IMG/VR virus record: IMGVR_UViG_3300042305_001986
Span: 54,537 to 118,536 of that record
DNA length: 64,000 nt
Source of the DNA: a virus
Direction: 5' to 3' (one strand)
The notes under the pieces are model-generated. The model saw only the letters and a list, made by a program, of their open reading frames with translations. It made no database searches and was not told where the DNA came from. Position numbers and translations under genes: made by a program. Shown piece after piece: positions 18,596 to 27,486 of this stretch; the first letter of the stretch is position 1; every line of letters starts with the position of its first letter.

Positions 18596-19867
18596 GTGAG
18601 AGAGCAAATACGCAAAATTCTAAAAGAATTATTTTCAGGTGACGGTTCCGTAACCTTTAGTTTTCGTGATATGAAGGCTTTTAAACCAACATACACTAAT
18701 GCTCCGTGGAGGGTATACTTTAATGGTTTAAAAATAAAAGATGGTCAATATTCACATGGTGAAAATACATATATAGATTTGATTGGAAATGATGTTGAGT
18801 TGAGAGGTATTAATCCTATAGATTTTATGAGTGATGGAAAATCGGGTTACGTTGACCTTTACAAACTTGAAGAAATAAAACCTGATATTCGTGAAATTTT
18901 GTTCGGTAGTAAGGATAGTGGAAAAGTAAAATCAGGTGTCGGTCCTGTAACCTTTAGTTTTCGTGATATGAAAGCTTATAAACCAACATACGGTCCGTGG
19001 AGGGTATACTTTAATAACTTAGAAACCAAAAAAGGCCAATATTCACATGGTAAAAATACATATATAGATTTGATTGGAAATGATGTTGAGTTGAGAGGTA
19101 TTAATCCTACAGATTTTAATTTTACGGAAGATGGAAAATCGGGTTACGTTAAGCTTTACAAACTTGAAGAAATAAAACCTGATATTCGTGAAATTTTGTT
19201 CGGTAGTAGGAATAGTGGAGAAGTAAATTCAACTTTAATTAGGAGTGCGTTAAAAAAGGCGTTTCCAAATAATTGGAAAGAACGAGATGAAATATATAGC
19301 GCAGGTATTAGAGATATAAATACAATAGGTGAAAGAACGGGTAAGGGCGAGTCATGGTCAATTATGAATTATTTTGATACAAAAAAAGAAGTACAAAAAA
19401 AAATATCACAAAAATGGAATAATGAAGGTGAAGGAGATTTAGAGGAATGGTTAGTTGATGTATTTAAAAACGACAACAATTTTATGAAAGAGTTATTGGA
19501 TATCCAATGGAGGTCAATAGAAAATGGTTATAATACTGAGATATATGCCTCAGAAGTAATTTCTAATCATATACCAGGTAATCTTGAGTTGTTCCCTCCT
19601 GGTTCTATAATTGACCGATACGGTTCAATAGACATGATTATTGGGGGTCAGAGTTTTCAAATAAAACCTTTATCTGGTCTCCTCGTAAAAGACGGTAAAT
19701 ATTTTGTTAAAACTTATGGTATGAAGAAGGACTATAAAAGTAAAAAAATTGATTATATTGTTTATGCAAAAATAGGTGGTAAGGTATATGTTTTCCCTAA
19801 TAAAAACTATGAAGTAGGTGGTGGAGGTAGTGAAGTGACACATTTTGAAAAACCTACAATCTATTAA
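18596..19867 (+). CDS. Late protein with internal tandem duplication and possible PD-(D/E)xK-like C-terminus
   Basis: GTG start after TATTTAT; two ~97-aa near-identical repeats; IDRYGSIDMIIGGQSFQIK. Confidence 0.6.
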   Translation: MREQIRKILKELFSGDGSVTFSFRDMKAFKPTYTNAPWRVYFNGLKIKDGQYSHGENTYIDLIGNDVELRGINPIDFMSDGKSGYVDLYKLEEIKPDIREILFGSKDSGKVKSGVGPVTFSFRDMKAYKPTYGPWRVYFNNLETKKGQYSHGKNTYIDLIGNDVELRGINPTDFNFTEDGKSGYVKLYKLEEIKPDIREILFGSRNSGEVNSTLIRSALKKAFPNNWKERDEIYSAGIRDINTIGERTGKGESWSIMNYFDTKKEVQKKISQKWNNEGEGDLEEWLVDVFKNDNNFMKELLDIQWRSIENGYNTEIYASEVISNHIPGNLELFPPGSIIDRYGSIDMIIGGQSFQIKPLSGLLVKDGKYFVKTYGMKKDYKSKKIDYIVYAKIGGKVYVFPNKNYEVGGGGSEVTHFEKPTIY

Positions 19868-19971
19868 CACCTTCAGTTAAAGATTAATTTACGTAGATCG
19901 AAAAAAGTCACATCAAAATTTGGAAAGATCAATCTCTTGCCATACCTTTGTGGTGTTAAAACAAACACACC

Positions 19972-20292
19972 ATGAAAAACGTCATCTCCAACCCCCAAAA
20001 ACGGATCGGCCGTGTAACCAACAACTTCGACTACGAAACCGTAGCGAAGGTCGTAAAGGCTCTGAACCGTGAGGCGATGTATACTTCTTGGTTGGAAGTG
20101 TCACCCGACTCTTTCAACGTCCAAACACTCAAGGACTATACCACCGTCGTGATGAACCAAGCATTCACTTCCTACGAACAGGAAGGAGTGACCAACTTCG
20201 GGATGGGTGGGTTCATTGTGGACATCCGAAACCACGAAGACAAGGTAAACGTAAACGTGGCTTACGTGATTGATGAGATGGACGCCTACTAA
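19972..20292 (+). CDS. Early hypothetical protein
   Basis: TACCTTTG at 19943; C-ending codon bias typical of highly expressed genes. Confidence 0.7.
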   Translation: MKNVISNPQKRIGRVTNNFDYETVAKVVKALNREAMYTSWLEVSPDSFNVQTLKDYTTVVMNQAFTSYEQEGVTNFGMGGFIVDIRNHEDKVNVNVAYVIDEMDAY

Positions 20293-20433
20293 TAGTAGGC
20301 TCCTCTCCCCTCCCCAAAAATATAGAATAGAGGGAGGGGTTGAAACTTCAGAAGATTTGTTGTATGTTTTGGGTGTTCTTTGAAATATTGAAATAGGTAT
20401 ACAAAAAATGGTAGACGAATATATTTATATATT

Positions 20434-21087
20434 ATGAAACCATATGTATATAAAATAACGGGTAAAAATAACACCTATTACTATGGTGTAAGATGGAATT
20501 ACTTCGGTAGTCCTGAAGACGACTTATTAGTAAAGTATTTTACATCATCCGATTACATAAAAGAAATTATGAGTAAAAATGGTGTTGATTTCTTTTCAGG
20601 AGAAATAATTAAAATTCTGAACACGAGAGAAGAGGCATTACAATTAGAATATGAATTAATTAAAAAGTCAATAAATGATGACTTATGTCTTAACCGTGCA
20701 ATTGGTAAATGCACTATTTGGGACGAATTTTTATTAAAAAAACTTTCTAACTCGATGCAACATAGGTGGGAGGACCCTAATTATAGATCAAAAATCGTAG
20801 AATCAAAAAAAGGCGAGAAAAATCCAAATTATATGAAACCATCTTGGAGAAATGTAAATAGTGATGTCCAATCATGGATGAAGTCTTTTCAAATATTTGA
20901 CGATTACATCAATGAAAGTTGGGATTTCACTAAATATGGATTCGGAAGACTTATGTTACAAAAAAGATATGATATCTCTCAAGGGACCTCAAGATGTCTT
21001 ATTAAAAAAATAAAAAATGGTTGGTCCCCATATAATGATATTGATTTTATAGATTTTTATAGAGAAAACACGTCCATGGCCGGATGA
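20434..21087 (+). CDS. GIY-YIG (Seg-like) homing endonuclease
   Basis: YVYKI..KNNTYYYGVR...YFTSS...E...LNR; GEKNPNY NUMOD-like motif; TATTTAT upstream. Confidence 0.75.
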   Translation: MKPYVYKITGKNNTYYYGVRWNYFGSPEDDLLVKYFTSSDYIKEIMSKNGVDFFSGEIIKILNTREEALQLEYELIKKSINDDLCLNRAIGKCTIWDEFLLKKLSNSMQHRWEDPNYRSKIVESKKGEKNPNYMKPSWRNVNSDVQSWMKSFQIFDDYINESWDFTKYGFGRLMLQKRYDISQGTSRCLIKKIKNGWSPYNDIDFIDFYRENTSMAG

Positions 21088-21163
21088 TGAAATTGGTATA
21101 CATGTTTGACTTAAAATCAAATGGACCGAAGGGTCCGTGCGGGTTCGAGCCCCGCTCCGGCTA
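21078..21163 (+). tRNA. tRNA-Leu(TAA)
   Basis: GGCCGGA/TCCGGCT; TTTGA-CTTAAAA-TCAAA; long variable arm. Confidence 0.9.
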
Positions 21164-21181
21164 CCGCAACAATTAAAACAA

Positions 21182-21742
21182 ATGAAAGTAATTTTTATGG
21201 ATCACGATGGTGTGATCTGTTTGGAATCTGAATGGGGTTCAAGATTCGATAAACAAAAGAAATATGATCCACGCCCCACCATCAAAGAAATCCCAATCTT
21301 GGATAGGTTTGACAACTTCAATCATAGTTGTGTTGAATGTCTAAATCAGGTCATCAGAGACACCGATTGTGAGATTGTAATTTCTTCTGATTGGAGAACT
21401 TGGGCAACTTTGGAAGAAATCGGTGAATATTATGAAAGTCAGGGGATCATCAAAAAACCAATCGGTTTTACCCCTTTCATCGATCGAAGTGAAGTTCCAC
21501 CTGAGTTCGAATTCAAGATGGGTCTTGGGTTAAACCAAACCCGAGTTTTGGAAATCAGAAAATGGTTGAACAACCATCCTCACGTCGTATCATGGGTCGC
21601 AATCGATGATATGAGACTTGGAGAACAGGGGTGGGGTTTGGAACATTTTGTTTTGTCAACAGATCACAAAAATGGAATTTGTAATTCCGAAGTTAAAACC
21701 TTATTGATCGAATATTTGAATCAACCGGTTCTTATATTGTGA
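21182..21742 (+). CDS. HAD-domain protein (Swiss-army-knife RNA-repair type)
   Basis: Start MKVIFMDHDGV; IVISSDWR; R..EI..WL..HP....WVAIDD. Confidence 0.8.
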   Translation: MKVIFMDHDGVICLESEWGSRFDKQKKYDPRPTIKEIPILDRFDNFNHSCVECLNQVIRDTDCEIVISSDWRTWATLEEIGEYYESQGIIKKPIGFTPFIDRSEVPPEFEFKMGLGLNQTRVLEIRKWLNNHPHVVSWVAIDDMRLGEQGWGLEHFVLSTDHKNGICNSEVKTLLIEYLNQPVLIL

Positions 21743-21751
21743 CAATAAGTT

Positions 21752-21839
21752 GGAAGGTTACCCAAGTTGGTGAAGGGGTTTGTTTGCTAAACAAATAGGG
21801 CGAGGAATCGTCGCGTGGGTTCGAGCCCCACACCTTCCA
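21752..21839 (+). tRNA. tRNA-Ser(GCT)
   Basis: GGAAGGT/ACCTTCC; TTTGT-TTGCTAA-ACAAA; long variable arm. Confidence 0.88.
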
Positions 21840-21854
21840 CAAAAAAATAATGTT

Positions 21855-22454
21855 ATGATCAAAGTACTCGGAAATATTCCAACCTCTGAATTTGGACTTG
21901 CTTGTTCGGGAGGGGTTGACTCTATGGCCGTTTTGGATTTTTTGAGAAGATCAAATTATAATCCACACGTCCTTTATTTCAATCACAATACAGAACACGG
22001 TGATGATGCTGAAAAGTTTATCACCAAATATTGTGAGGAAAACGGTTTGAGTTTGTTTGTTGGAAGGACAGATCAAAAACCAAAATCCAACAAGGAAAAG
22101 ATGTGGTCTGATTTGAGGTATGAGTTTTTTCGATCATTTGATTTTCCAATCGTAACGTGTCACCATTTGGATGATTGTGTTGAAACATATATTTTCACTA
22201 TGACGAGGGGATTTCAATCGGTCATCCCTTATCGTAAGGAGAATGTTATTCGTCCTTTTCTTTTGACTGAAAAGTCTGAGTTCGAAAGTTGGTGTAAAAG
22301 GAAAAACGTACCTTTTATTCAAGACGAATCAAATAACTCGGTGGAATATTCAAGAAATAGAATCAGACATAATATTATTCCCGAACTTCTAAAGGTCAAC
22401 CCCGGTCTTAAAACTGTTGTGAAAAAAATGATCAAAAAAGATTTGGTGAATTGA
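21855..22454 (+). CDS. tilS: tRNA(Ile)-lysidine synthetase, catalytic domain only
   Basis: SGGVDS PP-loop, HHLDD.VET, RPFL, DESN....Y.RNRIRH..IP; followed by tRNA-CAT. Confidence 0.88.
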   Translation: MIKVLGNIPTSEFGLACSGGVDSMAVLDFLRRSNYNPHVLYFNHNTEHGDDAEKFITKYCEENGLSLFVGRTDQKPKSNKEKMWSDLRYEFFRSFDFPIVTCHHLDDCVETYIFTMTRGFQSVIPYRKENVIRPFLLTEKSEFESWCKRKNVPFIQDESNNSVEYSRNRIRHNIIPELLKVNPGLKTVVKKMIKKDLVN

Positions 22455-22505
22455 GAAATATGTAATATCTTTGTGGTGTTCTTTGAAATGTCGGAATAAT
22501 AAAAC

Positions 22506-22579
22506 CCTCCCATAGCTCAATCGGTTAGAGCGTCGGACTCATAATCCGCAGGTTCTTGGTTCAAGTCCAAGTGGGAGGA
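22506..22579 (+). tRNA. tRNA-CAT, probably Ile2 (lysidine); Met possible
   Basis: CCTCCCA/TGGGAGG; loop CTCATAA; adjacent to tilS. Confidence 0.8.
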
Positions 22580-22585
22580 CTATTT

Positions 22586-22623
22586 GACTCTATATCTCAA
22601 TTGGTAGATTATTACCTTCCAAG
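22586..22623 (+). pseudogene. 5' half of a degenerate tRNA (TCC loop)
   Basis: GACTCTA-TA-TCTCAATTGGTAGA...CTTCCAA with no T arm or 3' acceptor strand. Confidence 0.4.
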
Positions 22624-22654
22624 ATTGAGAATTCAAATTTGTCTCCTTCTTACA

Positions 22655-22745
22655 GGTCGAAAGTTCTTCACCTACAGGCTTGTTGGGCCTTTCCTCTTCT
22701 GTGAAAGAGGCTTGTTGGGCCCTTCCTGGCGTGTTGAACTCGACC
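22655..22745. ncRNA. Candidate structured RNA with twin hairpins
   Basis: Closing stem GGTCGA..GTTC..CAC/GTG..GAAC-TCGACC; 20-nt direct repeat AGGCTTGTTGGGCCYTTCCT at 22676 and 22708. Confidence 0.5.
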
Positions 22746-22750
22746 CTTTT

Positions 22751-22824
22751 TCTCCCTTAGCTCAGTCGGTTAGAGCGGTTGACTGTTAATCAATAGGTCC
22801 TTGGTTCAAGCCCAAGAGGGAGAG
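22751..22824 (+). tRNA. tRNA-Asn(GTT)
   Basis: TCTCCCT/AGGGAGA, G73; GTTGA-CTGTTAA-TCAAT. Confidence 0.92.
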
Positions 22825-22851
22825 CAAAAAATAAAAATTATCTAAATCACT

Positions 22852-23055
22852 ATGAAAAAACTAATCAACATCACAGGATTTGCGTCACTCACACTCTTCA
22901 TCCTGTCATTTATTGTATTTTTAACTTGTATCCTTTGGGATGTGCCACTCGACGGTACCCTACTTCACGACCTAATCAGATACTCTCTAGTGGGTGGGTT
23001 GACCCTTAGTTACATTTGTTTTTTCATGTTTGTTTATCGAGAGTTTAAAGACTAA
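22852..23055 (+). CDS. Small two-TM membrane protein
   Basis: 67 aa, two hydrophobic helices. Confidence 0.6.
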   Translation: MKKLINITGFASLTLFILSFIVFLTCILWDVPLDGTLLHDLIRYSLVGGLTLSYICFFMFVYREFKD

Positions 23056-23061
23056 AAACAC

Positions 23062-23159
23062 AGTCAGGTGGCGGAATTGGTTAGACGCACTCCTCAAATA
23101 AGATGTGTATAGGCTACGCGCTAATCCTATACGTACAGGTTCGAGTCCTGTCCTGACTA
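23062..23159 (+). ncRNA. Non-canonical tRNA-like RNA (Leu-type D arm, degenerate anticodon arm)
   Basis: Same AGTCAGG/CCTGACT acceptor and CAGG-TTCGA-CCTGT T arm as 17883; long arm GTATAGG/CCTATAC. Confidence 0.7.
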
Positions 23160-23175
23160 CTAAAATAATAAACTA

Positions 23176-23886
23176 ATGAAAACAATCTTTATCGGAGACA
23201 TTCATGGTCGAGACATATGGAAAAAAATCGTAGAAAGTGAAAAAGCTGATCGGGTTCTTTTCATCGGGGATTATTTTGACAGTTTCGACATTGGATCAGC
23301 AGAACAACAATATAATTTCAAGGAAATTATTGAGTTCAAAGAAAAAGGTGAATGTGAGGTCATTATGTTGATTGGTAATCATGATTTCCATTATATTAAC
23401 ACTTACGAAGTGTATAGTGGATTTCAACGGAGTGCAGGACCAGCAATTCAACTTCTCATTAAAGAAAACCTACACCACTTTCAAATGTGTTATGAGATGG
23501 ATAATATTTTGTGTTCACATGCGGGTATTGGTTATGATTGGTTGGTAAATCAAAATAGATACAAGGAAGGAGAACCTATCTCTAACTTTGTAAATGAAAT
23601 TTGGAAATACAAACCACGAAATTTTGAGTTCAACGGAATATTTGATCCAACAGGTGATGATATCATGCAAACACCGATTTGGATTCGTCCAAGAAGTTTG
23701 ATGTCGGGAAATAAAAATACTTTTTTAAATGATCAATATATTCAAGTTGTAGGTCATACAGAAGTTAAAGAAATGCCAATGAAATTGATGTTGAAAAATA
23801 AATTATTTCTAATTGATGCTTTGCCCGTTGGTAATTACTTGATCTACGAGGAAAATTATTTTATGATTGGTGTTGTAAATGGGTAG
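23176..23886 (+). CDS. Calcineurin-like metallophosphoesterase
   Basis: GDIHG, GDYFD, GNHD, SHAG, GHT motifs. Confidence 0.9.
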   Translation: MKTIFIGDIHGRDIWKKIVESEKADRVLFIGDYFDSFDIGSAEQQYNFKEIIEFKEKGECEVIMLIGNHDFHYINTYEVYSGFQRSAGPAIQLLIKENLHHFQMCYEMDNILCSHAGIGYDWLVNQNRYKEGEPISNFVNEIWKYKPRNFEFNGIFDPTGDDIMQTPIWIRPRSLMSGNKNTFLNDQYIQVVGHTEVKEMPMKLMLKNKLFLIDALPVGNYLIYEENYFMIGVVNG

Positions 23887-23998
23887 GTTTGTCCGTGGTA
23901 ACGGTCTGATGGGGGAAACCCTGTCAGACTTCCTGAACTAAAATCCATCACAAGGTCCCTCTCTTGGGTGGGGTAATGGGGGAAAAAACGGTCATTTT

Positions 23999-24078
23999 GG
24001 GGGTATCGCATAGTGGCAATTGCGGCTGACTGTAAATCAGCTCCTAACGGTTCGGTGGTTCGAGTCCATCTACCCCCA
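23999..24078 (+). tRNA. tRNA-Tyr(GTA)
   Basis: GGGGGTA/TACCCCC; GCTGA-CTGTAAA-TCAGC. Confidence 0.9.
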
Positions 24079-24088
24079 CAAGTTATAT

Positions 24089-24163
24089 CGGGATATAGCG
24101 TAGTCCGGTCATCGCGCCTGCTTTGGGAGCAGGAGGTCCCAAGTTCGAATCTTGGTATCCCGA
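24089..24163 (+). tRNA. tRNA-Pro(TGG)
   Basis: CGGGATA/TATCCCG; CCTGC-TTTGGGA-GCAGG. Confidence 0.92.
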
Positions 24164-24164
24164 C

Positions 24165-24593
24165 AAGGAAGAGTTCTTTGACATTAAAAAAAATTAAAAA
24201 AATGACAATAGAATTATTAAATTTCGTGGGGGGTATGATACTATCAGGTTTTATTGGTTTGATAGTGTTTTTAGTTTCCGTGAACAAAAAAATCAAATTG
24301 TTGCAAGAAAAACAACAAGAAATAGATGACATAAGAGAACAAATGTCATACGATCATTCCAACTATGCTCGTGATCGTGAAATGATGGATAGACGTGTTT
24401 CAGAAGTTGTTGATGACTTGTCTCGTGAGCTTGACTTATCAAAAGATCACCTTCACAGACGAATCGATGAAGTTGAGATGAACTTTAATCGTGATTTGGA
24501 CAGTAGATTAGATAAACTAGAAAACCGATTGACTAATCGTTATGGGTCAATCATAATGGGTGAATAAATAAATAAACAAAAGAACTCTTCCTT
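24165..24593. repeat. 15-bp perfect inverted repeat flanking one gene
   Basis: AAGGAAGAGTTCTTT (24165-79) and AAAGAACTCTTCCTT (24579-93). Confidence 0.85.
24202..24567 (+). CDS. Membrane-anchored coiled-coil protein
   Basis: Start MTIELLNF; N-terminal TM helix then heptad-rich tail ending LDSRLDKLENRL. Confidence 0.7.
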   Translation: MTIELLNFVGGMILSGFIGLIVFLVSVNKKIKLLQEKQQEIDDIREQMSYDHSNYARDREMMDRRVSEVVDDLSRELDLSKDHLHRRIDEVEMNFNRDLDSRLDKLENRLTNRYGSIIMGE

Positions 24594-24657
24594 TTCTTTA
24601 AAATATTTGGTAATTCGGTGAATTGGTTGTATATTAGTTTCACTAAAGAAAACCGAT

Positions 24658-24942
24658 ATGGAAAACCTTTTTGATTTCTACTCTGTTGAGATTTGTTCTC
24701 CTCGCAAACGATCTATCTACAATGCGTTGGGTAAGAAAGTGAGTTATTCCGATGGTCTTAAAAGTCGTAAGGTTCTAGATAACTCTGTTTTTCCGAAATA
24801 TGAATATTCATATAATGTAGGTTTCTCTTCTATCATGAATTCTTCACCCGAAGAAGCTTCTGCAAAGGCAGATGAGATTGCAAACAAATATCGGAATATT
24901 GAAGATGTCCGAGTATTGATCAAATACCATTGTCGGGATTGA
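24658..24942 (+). CDS. Hypothetical protein
   Basis: 94-aa ORF. Confidence 0.6.
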   Translation: MENLFDFYSVEICSPRKRSIYNALGKKVSYSDGLKSRKVLDNSVFPKYEYSYNVGFSSIMNSSPEEASAKADEIANKYRNIEDVRVLIKYHCRD

Positions 24943-24968
24943 TATAAATAATAAATAAATGAAATTAA

Positions 24969-25634
24969 ATGAATATAAAACTAGTTCACATTCTAACTGA
25001 AATTGAGTCAACAAGAGAAAAAAATTCAATTTTATCTTTGTCACCGTTGGGTAATTTGGGGATTGAGTATAAACAACAAATAAATCCGAGATATCTTGGA
25101 GAGGATTGGAAGATAAGACCTGCAATTACTCAATCAGAACATACAAATCATGGTCCTGGTCATTATGGAGCTTATCAATCATTCAAGCAAGCATTCTTGG
25201 ATAATTTCACAGATGATTTGGACGCATTGATCGTGTGTGAATGTGATTGCGTTCTTACCTGTTCACCTGAGGAATTTGTTGAAAAAGTAAAAGAAGGTAT
25301 AGAATTTTCGGAAAAACATAATTTGTCACACTTTTCACTTGGATCTAATTATTGTAACGGTTTTTTACAATCGTCTTTCAAAGAAGTTTATGATGAATCA
25401 AGTTTCTATGTAACTGACAAAATTATTATGGCCCATTGTTTGGTCTTTCCAAAAAAAACCAAGAGAGTTTTGTTCGAATCATTAGAAAAATTCTCGTGGG
25501 ATACACCAGATATTTGGTTCAATGAAATTTTTTGGAGGAACGGATTGAATCGATTCGGAATCCTGAAAGAAAAAGTAACAATACAACATGAAGGTATGTC
25601 TTTGATTGATAATCATTGGAAACATAGTCAATAA
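24969..25634 (+). CDS. Glycosyltransferase-like protein (GT25-like)
   Basis: GHYGAYQS...ALIVCECD, AH.L, D.WF and GMSLID resemble GT25 motifs. Confidence 0.5.
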   Translation: MNIKLVHILTEIESTREKNSILSLSPLGNLGIEYKQQINPRYLGEDWKIRPAITQSEHTNHGPGHYGAYQSFKQAFLDNFTDDLDALIVCECDCVLTCSPEEFVEKVKEGIEFSEKHNLSHFSLGSNYCNGFLQSSFKEVYDESSFYVTDKIIMAHCLVFPKKTKRVLFESLEKFSWDTPDIWFNEIFWRNGLNRFGILKEKVTIQHEGMSLIDNHWKHSQ

Positions 25635-25642
25635 TCAAAAAT

Positions 25643-25715
25643 GACCTCTTAGCTCAGTTGGTAGAGCAATACACTTTTAATGTATGGGCCGGCGGTTCGA
25701 GCCCGCCAGGGGTCA
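25643..25715 (+). tRNA. tRNA-Lys(TTT)
   Basis: GACCTCT/AGGGGTC; ATACA-CTTTTAA-TGTAT. Confidence 0.92.
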
Positions 25716-25775
25716 CTTTTTTTTTCAAAATAATTTGTCTATTAAATTTTTTCCACATATATTTTTATAAAAAAA

Positions 25776-26363
25776 ATGCAAAGTTATAGAGTTCTTGTTA
25801 GTGGTTGGGAGAATCACTTTCGTACATTCGGGTTAGATAAATCTGATATTGAAACAATCAAAGATATTTTGATGAAAAACGACACAGATAATATTGTGTC
25901 AGTTTATGAAGAAATTGAAACCATGCTCAGTCTTGCTGGTATGGAACTTATGGATATTTCACGACCACATTTCAATCTTGAAAATCTTTGGTTCAAAGTT
26001 GAAGATTCCGATAATAATGTGGTTTGTGAATTTATCGGAACTGAAATCAACAATCATGAGGAATTTCAGGATGAAGAAGATTTGTCAGAAACTTTCGATA
26101 TTATGATGGATGAAGAATTCGAAAATGTTATGTTGTTTGTTGACGAATATAAGGGAGGTCTTTTTGAATTGAATATCGAATCCGATACAATTCCACAACC
26201 ATCGGATTTTTCATTTGTAAGCGGATCAGTGGTTGCACCAAATTTCGAGATTGATTTTATCTCCAAAATCTTCTTTAAGGGGGAAATTTGTGCACCTCAA
26301 TACACGTTGGACAACGATCATAAGGGATCCTCTGTGTATATGGTAAATGGTGATATTCTTTAA
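25776..26363 (+). CDS. Acidic hypothetical protein
   Basis: 195-aa ORF. Confidence 0.65.
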   Translation: MQSYRVLVSGWENHFRTFGLDKSDIETIKDILMKNDTDNIVSVYEEIETMLSLAGMELMDISRPHFNLENLWFKVEDSDNNVVCEFIGTEINNHEEFQDEEDLSETFDIMMDEEFENVMLFVDEYKGGLFELNIESDTIPQPSDFSFVSGSVVAPNFEIDFISKIFFKGEICAPQYTLDNDHKGSSVYMVNGDIL

Positions 26364-26415
26364 TATCGAAGTTTGACATTTTCCAAAATCGAATTATATT
26401 TTAATAACCAAATGA

Positions 26416-27153
26416 ATGAAAACCATGATTGAGAATCAAACACCATATCTTGGAAAGGTAAAATTCAGGTTCCAAAAATCTCCGAATTATATCGGGAAGA
26501 GTATCCTGAACCAAGTTCATTTGGATCTCGGATTTGTTAAGTTGGTTAGTAGGGTTTTTCCCGAAAAGGACAAGAATGGATGGATTCCGGACATTAACAA
26601 AATTTATAAGATTAACAGATTTACCGGCGGATACATCAGGAAATATTCTTGGTCTCACTCGGGAGAAACCTTTAACATTCCAAACTCATTTGTTTCTAAA
26701 GATGGAACTTTGATCGGAGATCTAAGGACAGGTTGGTCGTATTATCAAAACAATTTAAAAGTTTGTGATGATTTTCCAAAAGGTGTTGCGATCAAATACG
26801 ATGATGTTGAAAAAACAACTCATTATGCATCTCTAAAATATGGAACACCAAAAATAGTTGGATATGTAACTTCAACACATAGGGGTGAATCATTATTCAA
26901 AATCGGTGATAGATACTTTGAATCCGACTATATTCCAAACATCCAAGATTATGATGAAAATGAATGGAATAAATACAATTCCGAATTTATTCAATCTATA
27001 AAAAACGCAAAAGATTCCAACGAAAGAAAAAAGATTGAAGAAGGTGGAATCAGAAATTTCATACCATTTTCAAGGTTAGGAAAAAAAAAGATCAAGACAT
27101 TGTCTGAAGCAAAACAATCAGCAATAAATCTGTATACATATCTTTCGTCATGA
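26416..27153 (+). CDS. Hypothetical protein
   Basis: 245-aa ORF. Confidence 0.65.
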   Translation: MKTMIENQTPYLGKVKFRFQKSPNYIGKSILNQVHLDLGFVKLVSRVFPEKDKNGWIPDINKIYKINRFTGGYIRKYSWSHSGETFNIPNSFVSKDGTLIGDLRTGWSYYQNNLKVCDDFPKGVAIKYDDVEKTTHYASLKYGTPKIVGYVTSTHRGESLFKIGDRYFESDYIPNIQDYDENEWNKYNSEFIQSIKNAKDSNERKKIEEGGIRNFIPFSRLGKKKIKTLSEAKQSAINLYTYLSS

Positions 27154-27404
27154 CCAAGACTGCCGGAAATATTATAGTGGAGGAAATCAGAATTGGTGAC
27201 ATTCATTATGAATATGATGGCCCAATTGGCATCAAATGTCAAGTAATCGAAGTTCCAACACAAGATCAAAACGGAAATTGGACGTGGGTAAGTAAAAATT
27301 TAAAATCAGGTAAATTAATTCATTTTTTTGTTAGTGAACAGTATCCACAATTTTCACCGAAGCTTTATGATTATAATGCTTATGATGTAAAAGAATGGAT
27401 ATAA
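27150..27404 (+). CDS. Hypothetical protein
   Basis: 84-aa ORF, ATGA overlap with upstream gene. Confidence 0.6.
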   Translation: MTKTAGNIIVEEIRIGDIHYEYDGPIGIKCQVIEVPTQDQNGNWTWVSKNLKSGKLIHFFVSEQYPQFSPKLYDYNAYDVKEWI

Positions 27405-27486
27405 AAAATTTTATCAGAAAAATAAGAATTCTTTGGTTGAAATTTCAAAGGGAAACTTATTGGAATAAAGTCAACAAAAATTGGAG

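Noticed and set aside
21137-24201. N-terminal extensions of ORF-track calls 21137, 21780 and 24013
   Set aside because: They run through tRNA genes; starts reassigned to 21182, 21855 and 24202.
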